Positions 18,301 through 26,547 of a stretch of 43,713 nt of DNA are shown piece by piece; the stretch's first letter is position 1, and each line of letters begins with the position of its first letter. Position numbers and translations under genes: made by a program. Source of the stretch: a virus (lineage: Duplodnaviria > Heunggongvirae > Uroviricota > Caudoviricetes); IMG/VR virus record IMGVR_UViG_3300019755_000001. One strand, given 5' to 3'. The notes beneath the pieces were generated by a model. That model saw only the letters and a list, made by a program, of their open reading frames with translations, was not told where the DNA came from and made no database searches.

Positions 18301-21300
18301 TTTTATCTTGCTTTCTAACATCTTCTTCGAACTATCTGGAACTATTCCTGTTGCTGGGAACAAGTTACCGAACGAACCATCTATCAAGTCGTGCATCTGG
18401 TCTCTGTTGTATGTCATCATTGCTTTTGCTTTACTGAACATTATCAGTGATGTTGTGTCCATTGCACCCTTTACCAACTCAGCATTTTCTGGGTCTGACA
18501 GTATGTCGTTCATTCCACTTTGTATCAGTATGTTCTTGTCGTTTAGCTCTAATTTTGCTAAGTTTGTTTGCTCTAGTACTGGTATGTTAGCTCTGTCTGT
18601 GCTGAACGTATTCAGTGTTTTCAATGCTGTTTTTACTCTCTCTACGCCTTTTTTACCAGCGTTTTGGATGATTCTTGGCATGATTTTCATCAATCCAGCT
18701 TCTTTATCTTTCATGTTCAATACTGTATGTGTAGTACTTACTCCGCCTGACTTCGACTTAGTTATTCCCTCAACTACCGGAATACCTAGTGCCTCAACCT
18801 TTACCATCTCCTGTGCTTTTTTCTTGATCTGAATGTCGGCTTTTACTGATTTTATCTTTTTGTCAACCTCTTTGATCTCTTCTTTAGCCAGTCTGATGTT
18901 CTCTTTTTGCTCTACTATTATCTTCTTCAATGAACCAATAACTTCTCTTGCTGTCTTGAACAACTTCCATACTCTTTGTACCAGTGTTTGTGGTGCTAAG
19001 TCTTTTTTGTTCTTAGCAGCTTTCAGCATCTTGCTAACCATTGTTAACCTGCTCTTGTGTTGGTCCATTCTACTTTGTATTGCTGCTTTGTCACTCTCTA
19101 GTTTACCAAGTTCTACTGTGTACTCATCTATGTCGTTTTGTACCTTCTCGATTATCTCATTTACCAACTCTGCGTCTAGCCTCTTACCAGCCTTCACTTG
19201 CACTATTTGCTCACCAACTTTCTTTACTGCTTCATCTATTGACTTCTCAGTCTTTTCTGTTGCTTCGGCCACTGTCTCTGCTGTTGTTTCTTTTGGCTTA
19301 GTAACTTCTCCGTCTTGCTTTGCTCGGATCTTCTCTGCTACTTCTACCTTTGTTTCTTGTGGTATTGTGCTATCGGCATCAACTTGTGCCATTGCTCTGT
19401 CCAAGTCACCCTCATTTTGCTCTATTACCTCATCTACGAATAGGTCTGGTGCACTCTCATCTGCTTGTGGTATGTTTGTGTCCTCGTACTTAGCTAATTC
19501 GGCTACTATTGTGTCCTGTTGTGCTGTATCAGCTGATTCTTTACTTAATAGCTCTGTGTACATCGATTTGTACTGTTTTAGCTCCAACTTCTCCTTGATA
19601 CTAGCAATCGCATCCATTTCACCATTCAGTGCTGTTTGTGCCTCTGTAATCTTCTCTAGTTGAGCCGGTGTCAAGTTACCAGATTCTATCGCAGCTTCTG
19701 CTATTTCTGCCATTCTGCTATTCTCTGCTTCTTGGCTCATTATGTAGTTGCTAATCTCTTGTGGTGTACGCAATCTCTTTACTTTTACTCGTTGCTTTTG
19801 ACCTTCAACTTTCTTCGATTGTGTTGTCACACCTTCCAGCTTACCAACTCTTGAGTGCATGAATGTTGTTAGTTCATTCACTACTCCACTTGCTGCATCT
19901 TCGTCTTTTGTTAGTGGGCTAACTATTGTCCCGACTACATCTGCTTCGTGCTGACGTAAACTCTTACCAACCGAGTTTCTTTTCACGAATCCCATAAACT
20001 CAATCTCATCTGCTACTTGTTGTGCTGTCTTTTTTGGTGATTTACCATCCTCATTTGCTTCACTACCAAGTTGTTTCTCATACAGTTCTAATCCATCTTC
20101 AACCTTGTTAGCATACTGTGTTACCGGCTCACTACCAAGCTTTCTCATGTCTTGTAGTACTGCTTTAACCTTCGCTAGTCCTTCAGCGTTTAATGGAGTA
20201 TTTTCGTTGATCTCAGCTTTCTGTTCATCTGTCATTGATTCAGTTAGTGTATCTATTTCTTCTGCTACTCTGTTGCTGTATATTTGCTCTATTTCTGACT
20301 GAGTAACCATCCCAACTTCTTGGTTTTTTATCATTTCACTCAGCATTGAGTCAACTTCAGCGTCTGTTGCAACTCTTACTTCGTCTTCACCTTTCGATGT
20401 CATGTGTCTTACAGCATCTCTTACCAATCCAGCATGCAGTACATCCATTGCTACTTTATCTGTTTTGTCTACACCATACACGTCTGCTATCTTTTCAGTA
20501 GCGTCTTTCATTGCATCAAGTGGTCTACCAGCATATCCTGACTTCTTCTGTATTTCCGGACTTGTCCATATCTCTGTAGCATATGCAGCAATATCATGTG
20601 CGTGTGCTTTTACTGCTTCTGGAGCAACTTCGTACCCTTCACTACCAACTGACTCCCATCTATTTTGTCTACCATCTCTTGTCTTTGACACATCAACATT
20701 TGTTGGGTCTGGTTGACTGTCTGTGATATTTACCAACTTCTCATTAGCTACTGTACCAACTGTTTTTGCCACGTCATACCCTACTTTTGGTGATGCTATT
20801 TGTGTACCCATTGCAGCACCTAGTACTCCTGCTACTTCAGCTTCTTTTATCTCGTCTTCTGTGAACCCTTTGTCGAATACTCTTGGTGTTTGTGCGGCTG
20901 TTTCAAGGAATGTTTGTCCTGCCTCAGTTAGTCCTTCTACTCCACCAGCAGCAGCAAGTCTTAACGGAGCTGACCCAATCTGTAGTATCCCTCTACCGTA
21001 TTGTTTAGCAAGGGTTCGTTTACCTGTTTGGCTCATGTTGTCTACTACTGTCTTTAGTGCTTTCTTAACTGGATTCATTCCGCTTAATGCTAGTTTATCA
21101 CCGAATCTATCCAAGTATGTACCAACAATACTTGACCCAGCACTTAGTACTTTCTCATTTGTTGTTAATTTTCTCTTTAATTTCGATTCTGCTATGTTAA
21201 TGTTATTATTTACGTTAGCTACGGCCATTGTACCAACACTTGCAGCTAGTGCAACCATTTCAGGTAAGCTCCCTGCAAGCACTTCAAGTGATCTTACATC

Positions 21301-22176
21301 CGTTACAGCTTTACCAAGTGCCGACATATATCCATCTGTTTCTATTGTGTCTTCTATCTCTTTACTCAGTTCTTGCACGTTTACTGCATTGTACCCAGTT
21401 ATCTTATCAGCAAACCCACTTTGTAGGAACTCTGTAGCAGCTTGTTGTATTGCTGTACCACTTTTCTCTACATCCTCAACCCCAATCAGTTGTCCAAGTG
21501 ACTCAATCCCCTCACCAACAAGTGAGCCTACTTTTACCCCTACATTGAACGAAGCACTACCAACTCCTCTTAGCGTGTTGTAATCTTCTACTGGTCTTAC
21601 TGTTTCTGTGCCACGTTTACTAGCAACTGATTCCATTTCTGCAGCGTACTCTGGGTCAGCCCATAGTCCTTTGCCTTGCTCTTTTGCTTGTAGCATCAGT
21701 TCTTGTGCTTCTGGTGTTTGATTATCGAATGCAGGTATTGCATACCCATCGGATACCATTTTATTCTGGTATGCCTTATTCTCTATCACGTCTCTACCAT
21801 GCACCCCAACTGTCGATGCTTCTGGTGTATTCTGATATACTGGTTGTTGTTTTGTATCGTCGAAGTGTGTTTCTTGGAAGCCCCCATCAATTCCACTGAA
21901 ATCCAGTGTACTGAACTCAGCCTCTAATTTAGCGGCTTCTCCAGCTGTTGCTTTACTTACGTGTCTACCAAGTTTACTTTCTCTTGCTTTGCTCAGTCTA
22001 TCAGCTTTTAGTGCAGCTTTTGGCATTTCTGGTGCATCAATTCCAGCTATTCTATATCCTTGTCCGTCTTGGTATACGGTATCAGCATCGTATATGTATG
22101 TATCTGTGTTGTATTTATTTGTTTGTGTAGTTGGTTCTGCGAACGCACTATCTAGTAATTCTTTTTGAGTTGGCAT
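15340..22176 (-). CDS. Virion-encapsidated single-subunit RNA polymerase (N4 vRNAP-like) with N-terminal SNase/thermonuclease domain
   Basis: Motif A LALEIDGITNG (~17154-17188), motif B WRNFMKGPVMVFIYG (~16876-16923), motif C NVYDAL (~15960-15979); SNase motifs YDADT, RIAGIDAPE, HGR, MVSDGYA, AKEQGKGLW in aa ~25-176. Confidence 0.9.
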   Translation of the reverse strand: MPTQKELLDSAFAEPTTQTNKYNTDTYIYDADTVYQDGQGYRIAGIDAPEMPKAALKADRLSKARESKLGRHVSKATAGEAAKLEAEFSTLDFSGIDGGFQETHFDDTKQQPVYQNTPEASTVGVHGRDVIENKAYQNKMVSDGYAIPAFDNQTPEAQELMLQAKEQGKGLWADPEYAAEMESVASKRGTETVRPVEDYNTLRGVGSASFNVGVKVGSLVGEGIESLGQLIGVEDVEKSGTAIQQAATEFLQSGFADKITGYNAVNVQELSKEIEDTIETDGYMSALGKAVTDVRSLEVLAGSLPEMVALAASVGTMAVANVNNNINIAESKLKRKLTTNEKVLSAGSSIVGTYLDRFGDKLALSGMNPVKKALKTVVDNMSQTGKRTLAKQYGRGILQIGSAPLRLAAAGGVEGLTEAGQTFLETAAQTPRVFDKGFTEDEIKEAEVAGVLGAAMGTQIASPKVGYDVAKTVGTVANEKLVNITDSQPDPTNVDVSKTRDGRQNRWESVGSEGYEVAPEAVKAHAHDIAAYATEIWTSPEIQKKSGYAGRPLDAMKDATEKIADVYGVDKTDKVAMDVLHAGLVRDAVRHMTSKGEDEVRVATDAEVDSMLSEMIKNQEVGMVTQSEIEQIYSNRVAEEIDTLTESMTDEQKAEINENTPLNAEGLAKVKAVLQDMRKLGSEPVTQYANKVEDGLELYEKQLGSEANEDGKSPKKTAQQVADEIEFMGFVKRNSVGKSLRQHEADVVGTIVSPLTKDEDAASGVVNELTTFMHSRVGKLEGVTTQSKKVEGQKQRVKVKRLRTPQEISNYIMSQEAENSRMAEIAEAAIESGNLTPAQLEKITEAQTALNGEMDAIASIKEKLELKQYKSMYTELLSKESADTAQQDTIVAELAKYEDTNIPQADESAPDLFVDEVIEQNEGDLDRAMAQVDADSTIPQETKVEVAEKIRAKQDGEVTKPKETTAETVAEATEKTEKSIDEAVKKVGEQIVQVKAGKRLDAELVNEIIEKVQNDIDEYTVELGKLESDKAAIQSRMDQHKSRLTMVSKMLKAAKNKKDLAPQTLVQRVWKLFKTAREVIGSLKKIIVEQKENIRLAKEEIKEVDKKIKSVKADIQIKKKAQEMVKVEALGIPVVEGITKSKSGGVSTTHTVLNMKDKEAGLMKIMPRIIQNAGKKGVERVKTALKTLNTFSTDRANIPVLEQTNLAKLELNDKNILIQSGMNDILSDPENAELVKGAMDTTSLIMFSKAKAMMTYNRDQMHDLIDGSFGNLFPATGIVPDSSKKMLESKIKRGELVPAASLYESAGKTLLTEMGIKLDDSLIIEDKNAIEHSLGAMVLSNMLRTHSSHKNGVYRQNAFVQHGMIDFEKPSEDKRPGGVISVLMMEDVPAEYARVGSTLEFAQSSTTPTIDTEPIHTKKGKKARKTSTEMSDPAVEYQERLGTTPWTFSEQAHKVLGQYAKADDTIDVDKLKMDILGDLDTILASTATMNAESVHAKYTADELQIERMIEVYEMVGAGEFYIPYDYTKSGRTMMDSMMMNPQNSKISRFLVGAGDMTTTIETGKVDKETMAFVRAGAAQALDMDIDKLEDATSIAKMSEKYFTIDDNAKVTYSSKEFEEMVKEGTLEAVNKWGGVHSIDEKLHTLQLVQMLNDLEKHGIATTNLALEIDGITNGMSATLMQIGYTEATKLHLSKTGMYVDDYYDRYDNHGQYKEQGGKDIYQTPETMVVEGILKQEGGAEILAAMEEVLGGKWRNFMKGPVMVFIYGAGMANIRQAAARSLIVGNSYIPGGMSKGATDALQKLTGKTAAELEIKYENKIYNPENGKVQSEVQLAKEIAKYDETIASANKMLKYNKDTKKLAKAADDKAEAEASKKPIAKLQKQLADRVAKGDTTVRYMEDETVNTLTNAIDEQVGEQLANAFTTEFGEVVKFRESVKLIEQLNYMVFRTELNKKLAKLGATRISQLTQKQLDKVYAEMQKEGTYYSSNNASGGQQELVKLEKTDANTSKLSVQVRNAGFQSGSGSTAVTLSNQVKDVVTNVGAVGVVQIHDVDGTVMIEGNTEDVLNVYDALMLGVNGEKGILQAQAMNKAFLDINMRHSILGNAVQKLLKLKKDGKLNIKQALELIDFDETESAMKRVYPDMKSVNQVAEALNSGDPLTEIDKIHDNRVAMRGKKVKSNQYYATDIAPAYEAKGDETVNAVFDENTKDEQITELGDVLGQFAQNLRSKAKKQSNSNRRNGILQSINETLGNIEDKKLRKVLQTKFDQMQTQRLEENC

Positions 22177-22219
22177 ATTGTGTCACCTTCAGTTTTTATT
22201 TTACTGAGTGTAGCACAAT
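22177..22219 (-). promoter_or_regulatory. Imperfect mRNA hairpin occluding the vRNAP Shine-Dalgarno
   Basis: AUUGUG CUACAC UCAGU [AAAAUAAAA] ACUGA AGGUGA CACAAU directly followed by the AUG. Confidence 0.55.
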
Positions 22220-22232
22220 TTGTCTTATGGTT

Positions 22233-23588
22233 TTATTTAGCGTTATCTTTTATGTATTTTACTACATCTTTAGTAACCTCTCCACTGAACCGAGGGGTCC
22301 AATCTTGAGTATTGAATGTTGTGATTATACTTGCCAAATCAGCGTCGCTCATCTTAACATCTTTTGCTGCTTTTGCTATTTTAGCTTGGTCTTTTTCGTC
22401 AATTGTGCCTAACCCACTATCGTACGCTTGTAGCGTTTTTGGCCCAGCCCCATATTTCTTTGGTGTCTTGAACGCATCCCCTCGGTTGGCATATTGTTTA
22501 GTGCCTTTTACGTAATCCAGTAGAGCAGTACCTGTTAACCCCTTTGGTATCTGAATGTTCAATGTTTTAGCTAAATTTGTACCGACTCTGTGGTCATCTT
22601 GTGTTTCTTTTTGCATCTTTTTAACCTTGAACAGCTGATCGAATGTAGGCCCTTTAACTTCTTTTTCAAGAGCTTTCTTTGCTGCTAATTTAGTGCTACC
22701 AGTCAAGTCTGTTCTATTCATTATAGAGTCTACTGACTTCTTTAACCACTCTGTTTGTGTCATATTACGTGTAACTGGTACTTGCTTAGTAACTGTCTCA
22801 ACTAGTTTTGGTACTGTTGGCACTTCTAATGTACCACGAACTCCACCTAGCCCTGATTCTCTCAGTGCAAGTGTATGTGCCTGTTCTGGAGTATACATTT
22901 GTTCACTTGGTTGTTTTTTACCTAACCATCTACCAAATACTGAATCTGCTTCTATATAGCTACCATCGGTATTTTTAGTGTACTGTGTACCAGGAACCCT
23001 AGGAGCAGCACCAACTTTTTGATTACTGTATTTATCGAACAGTTCAGCATATTTTGTAGAGCCTTCTTCTTGTTGTTGTAACCTTTTTGTATTTTTATCA
23101 ATAACTCGATTACGCAGGTTTTTAGCAAGTTCGACTTCTGCCTCATTGCCTTGTCTCGTTACTCTTTTCTCTGTACCAGTAATCGTTTTATCCTGATTTG
23201 CTTGTACCAATGCATCCCCAAGTAACTTATCTTGTTCTGCTTTATTTTCAGCTCTTGTGTTTGTGTTTATTGAGTTCTGCAACGTCACACCCTTAGCAAG
23301 TACACCAGCATCAACTCCAGCGAACTTCTTATCACTAACGTCCCCGCCAGCAATTACTGTTTTTAGGTACTCCGAGTTCAACTTGTCTTTAGCCTCAGCT
23401 TTGTTCCGTTGTTCTCTTTGTTCTGCTAATTCAACACCTTTTATCACTGTATTACCAAGTGTATTGAATACACCACGAGTTGCATCTGCACCGGCAATTG
23501 CTGCCTGTTGCGCTGACGCTGTTGCTCTATTAGCACCACTCAAGTAAGCATTTGCTTCTGCACTGTTATCATACCAACCTTTTGCCAT
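22233..23588 (-). CDS. Internal virion/ejection protein (N4 gp51 position)
   Basis: 451 aa, Cys-free, Ala/Gln-rich N-terminus, directly upstream of vRNAP. Confidence 0.6.
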   Translation of the reverse strand: MAKGWYDNSAEANAYLSGANRATASAQQAAIAGADATRGVFNTLGNTVIKGVELAEQREQRNKAEAKDKLNSEYLKTVIAGGDVSDKKFAGVDAGVLAKGVTLQNSINTNTRAENKAEQDKLLGDALVQANQDKTITGTEKRVTRQGNEAEVELAKNLRNRVIDKNTKRLQQQEEGSTKYAELFDKYSNQKVGAAPRVPGTQYTKNTDGSYIEADSVFGRWLGKKQPSEQMYTPEQAHTLALRESGLGGVRGTLEVPTVPKLVETVTKQVPVTRNMTQTEWLKKSVDSIMNRTDLTGSTKLAAKKALEKEVKGPTFDQLFKVKKMQKETQDDHRVGTNLAKTLNIQIPKGLTGTALLDYVKGTKQYANRGDAFKTPKKYGAGPKTLQAYDSGLGTIDEKDQAKIAKAAKDVKMSDADLASIITTFNTQDWTPRFSGEVTKDVVKYIKDNAK

Positions 23589-23592
23589 GCTG

Positions 23593-23940
23593 TTATCCTA
23601 CTTGTGGTATTGCAAACGGATTTTGTTGCGTGTTTTGTGCTTGTGGTATACCAGCCGCACCAGCTAACCCTGTTTGTACTGTTGTTTGTCCAGGTATCGG
23701 AGCAGCAGGCTTCTTGTTACCATACAAGCTGTTAGCTAACCCCATCTCCATCTCGTTTTGTGTGTTTTCCTTAGCTATATCTGCTTTACCGGCTAACTCT
23801 TTTGCGTAATTGAATTGGTCTCGTGCTAACTGATTCATCTTTGACTGTTGATCAGCCATCATTTTAGCACTCTTTACTCCACCATAGGCTTGTAACCCAC
23901 CACCTATTACTGATCCGGCTGCTTGTATCCATCCTGACAT
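23593..23940 (-). CDS. Small ejection/pilot protein (N4 gp52 position)
   Basis: Gly-rich amphipathic N-terminus MSGWIQAAGSVIGGGLQAYGG followed by a Gln-rich coil; Cys-free. Confidence 0.6.
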   Translation of the reverse strand: MSGWIQAAGSVIGGGLQAYGGVKSAKMMADQQSKMNQLARDQFNYAKELAGKADIAKENTQNEMEMGLANSLYGNKKPAAPIPGQTTVQTGLAGAAGIPQAQNTQQNPFAIPQVG

Positions 23941-24006
23941 ATCTATTCTCCTGTATTGGTTTTTGTTTTTATCTTACTACTAATTCACTTAATTTCAGCT
24001 TTGGGG

Positions 24007-25149
24007 CTATTTTTCCCATGGCTTCTTCCACACATTTTCCATTGATTTCCGTATATCTGTTAGCTCTTTTTCCATTCCACCTAAGCCAGCTTCAATTACA
24101 CTTAGCTGCTTCATTGTACTTTCATAGCTCTCTTTAGTTTTCATAGCGGAGGGCAAATCGTTGTAAGCATTTGCTATACTTTTGTACTGAGCAACTTTAT
24201 CATTGTATGTCTTTGTCTTGGTATTATACTGCTTAGTTAGCTTATTATAGTTTTGTAGGTTTCTCATTCTTATTGCTTCCTGTGGAGGCATTCCTCCACT
24301 GCTTTCACTCACATCTGTGTTTACAATATTCAAGTTGAATTTGTTTTCGAATAGCCCTCCTCCAGCTTGATCGGCATCTACGTGATTAATTAATTTATTT
24401 CCCTCACTTAACCCAAACTCACCACCAACACTTACTGCAAGTGAGTTCTTTTGGTCATATCCATACAAGTCACCACCTGAGTAGGTTTCGTTGTATATAA
24501 CTCCACCAGCCATCTTTTCAAACACCGTGCCATCCGCTACATCTATTAGGTTCTGATACCGTAGCCTAGCTTCTTGCTCTTGCGCCTGTATCAATTGTTG
24601 CATAGCAAACTGAATTGTTTTTGGGTTCATCAAGTGCGACAGTGCTCCATTTATTACACCACCTATTATTAATGAGATACCAAGACCAACAACTATCTCT
24701 GTTATGATTATCATTGACGCAGCAGCTACATAAGCTGCTCCACCGAGCCATGCACTGGCACCTGCAATAGCACCAGCAGACCAATCTGACATCGTTCCAG
24801 CAGAGAAGTAAGCTAGAGCTAGTGCTGCTACAATTACCCCAATGGCAGCAGTGCTGTACGCATCATCATAGAAAAAATCCTTTACTATTTTACCGAACCA
24901 ACTCCTGTCATCTAATCCAAGAGGTTTATACAAGCTTAAGTACTCCTGTTGTAGAAAGTCACCATGAGCGGTAACAACATCCGAACCGAATTCCTCAAAT
25001 GCACCTGACCAGCTATCTCCGCTAACAACACTACCAATAAACTTAGCAGGGGCTATAACATTCAACTGGAGAGACATCTTTATCTCAGCTACTACTAAAT
25101 CACCAACCTTCTCAAGTGCGGAGCCTACCTTTTTAGCTACCCCGCCCAT
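24007..25149 (-). CDS. Hydrophobic membrane-inserting virion/ejection protein (MGGVAKK... start)
   Basis: ATG 25149 with AAGAAGGG SD inside the 3' end of the GNAT gene; long multi-helix hydrophobic block in the N-terminal half; C-terminal coiled coil; Cys-free. Confidence 0.65.
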   Translation of the reverse strand: MGGVAKKVGSALEKVGDLVVAEIKMSLQLNVIAPAKFIGSVVSGDSWSGAFEEFGSDVVTAHGDFLQQEYLSLYKPLGLDDRSWFGKIVKDFFYDDAYSTAAIGVIVAALALAYFSAGTMSDWSAGAIAGASAWLGGAAYVAAASMIIITEIVVGLGISLIIGGVINGALSHLMNPKTIQFAMQQLIQAQEQEARLRYQNLIDVADGTVFEKMAGGVIYNETYSGGDLYGYDQKNSLAVSVGGEFGLSEGNKLINHVDADQAGGGLFENKFNLNIVNTDVSESSGGMPPQEAIRMRNLQNYNKLTKQYNTKTKTYNDKVAQYKSIANAYNDLPSAMKTKESYESTMKQLSVIEAGLGGMEKELTDIRKSMENVWKKPWEK

Positions 25150-25679
25150 TTTGACCAACCCTTCTTCCACTCGTATAGGTTCTCCCCAAGCTCTGACGGA
25201 ACTACACAGTTTTTGAACGTGTGTATATCTCTTGATTCTATCAGCATTGGTTTCTCCTTATTTAGTGATTTTATTATTGCTTTGAACATACTACCAACTA
25301 CTGGCTTACGTCTCAACTCTTCTTGCACATGGAAGAACGCAAACACGTTATAGCCTTCTGTTTCGAACGTTAATGCAACCCCAGCGTACTTTCTTGTTTT
25401 CTTATGTCTAATTATTGCACCATAGCCAAGAGCCACATAATTTTTCATCTCAGTCCTAGTTGGTAATTCCATCTCAACACCAGTATCTTTCAAGTATTTT
25501 AATACTTTTACTGTGTCTTTTGCACCCATCCTCATCAGCTCGTATTCATCATTACCAGTTGGCTCGAACTCAGGCTTGGCCTTTTGTTCTATCAATGGTT
25601 TTACCAACTTCTCAATCTCTTCAATTGTCGGTAGTGACTTTATTCGTTCTATGTTATTGTGTGCAATTGTATTTACCAT
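25137..25679 (-). CDS. GNAT-fold acyl/acetyltransferase
   Basis: YELMRMGAKDTVKVL (beta1-alpha1), YAGVAL, FFHVQEELRRKPVVGSMF (motif A-like VxxxxRxxxxGxxL). Confidence 0.65.
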   Translation of the reverse strand: MVNTIAHNNIERIKSLPTIEEIEKLVKPLIEQKAKPEFEPTGNDEYELMRMGAKDTVKVLKYLKDTGVEMELPTRTEMKNYVALGYGAIIRHKKTRKYAGVALTFETEGYNVFAFFHVQEELRRKPVVGSMFKAIIKSLNKEKPMLIESRDIHTFKNCVVPSELGENLYEWKKGWSKWAG

Positions 25680-25680
25680 A

Positions 25681-26547
25681 TTATACCTCTATTGTACAAC
25701 TTCCGTAGAAGTTCCCCAGTCCACTAGCATTTACCAAGTACTTGCCTGGCTCTTCTCTATCCAGGAGCATACACAGTTCTATTGCTGTGCTAACTCCTTG
25801 TGTGTGACCTATTTCTTTCTTGTACTCAATCAGCTCAACATCACCGTACATTTCTTCGATTGCAGTATACTCAGCCTCAGTGTTGTTTGGTGTCTGTGTA
25901 CCATGTGTTTTCACTGCTTTTATCTGCTCTTCGGCAAATGGTTTCATAGCCTTCATATATCCTTCTTTACTTACGAAGAACGGATTTTTGTCTGCATGGT
26001 ACACCCAATTCACTGTACTGATTTGTTCACCTCTTTGTAAGTGTAATATAGCAAACCCATCACTACAAGTTAGTGTTATCCCCATCTTCTCGAACAGCAG
26101 TCTTTGTGTTGGATCAGTCCAGTCTTCGGCATACACAATCACATCATCGAACTTATTGCTGTTTAGTAGCATCTCAGCTTCCTGTAGTGCGTGCATACTA
26201 GCCCCACAGGTATTGGCACATATACTCAAGTAGTCAGCACCGTATCGAGCAGCTACTTTACTTGCTATGAACCCAGCTTGACTTTGTACTGGCATTACTC
26301 CTTTTGGTATTGGTGCTGTATCTGTGAAATCCCTAGAGCAACTATGGTGTTCACTTGGACCAATTACGTACAACACAGCAGTTCTACCAGTTGGTTTGAT
26401 ACTGTTTACCTTGTCTTTATATGTCCGACTATTGTATGTGTTCATAAACGTTTTATCACGCTTCTCTAATGTTGATCCTATGTACATAGCCTTACCATCT
26501 TCACTTATTGTGTCTGGCAGTACGTAAACATAATTAACTACGTTCAT
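25681..26547 (-). CDS. Compact beta-ketoacyl-ACP synthase (FabF/FabB-like ketosynthase)
   Basis: Catalytic C114 (ANTCGAS), H215 (KTHGTQT), K243/H248 (YKKEIGHTQG), SDGFAIL, NNTEAE, NASGLGN, equivalent to FabF TACS, HGTST, KSMTGH, NSFGFGG. Confidence 0.88.
   Translation of the reverse strand: MNVVNYVYVLPDTISEDGKAMYIGSTLEKRDKTFMNTYNSRTYKDKVNSIKPTGRTAVLYVIGPSEHHSCSRDFTDTAPIPKGVMPVQSQAGFIASKVAARYGADYLSICANTCGASMHALQEAEMLLNSNKFDDVIVYAEDWTDPTQRLLFEKMGITLTCSDGFAILHLQRGEQISTVNWVYHADKNPFFVSKEGYMKAMKPFAEEQIKAVKTHGTQTPNNTEAEYTAIEEMYGDVELIEYKKEIGHTQGVSTAIELCMLLDREEPGKYLVNASGLGNFYGSCTIEV

Noticed and set aside
11421-22515. Many long + strand ORFs over the vRNAP locus (e.g. 14012-14815, 17681-18832, 18833-19663, 20723-21583)
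   Set aside because: Ser/Phe/Leu/Cys-rich shadow frames antisense to A-rich Lys/Glu/Ala coding sequence; no SDs or motifs.
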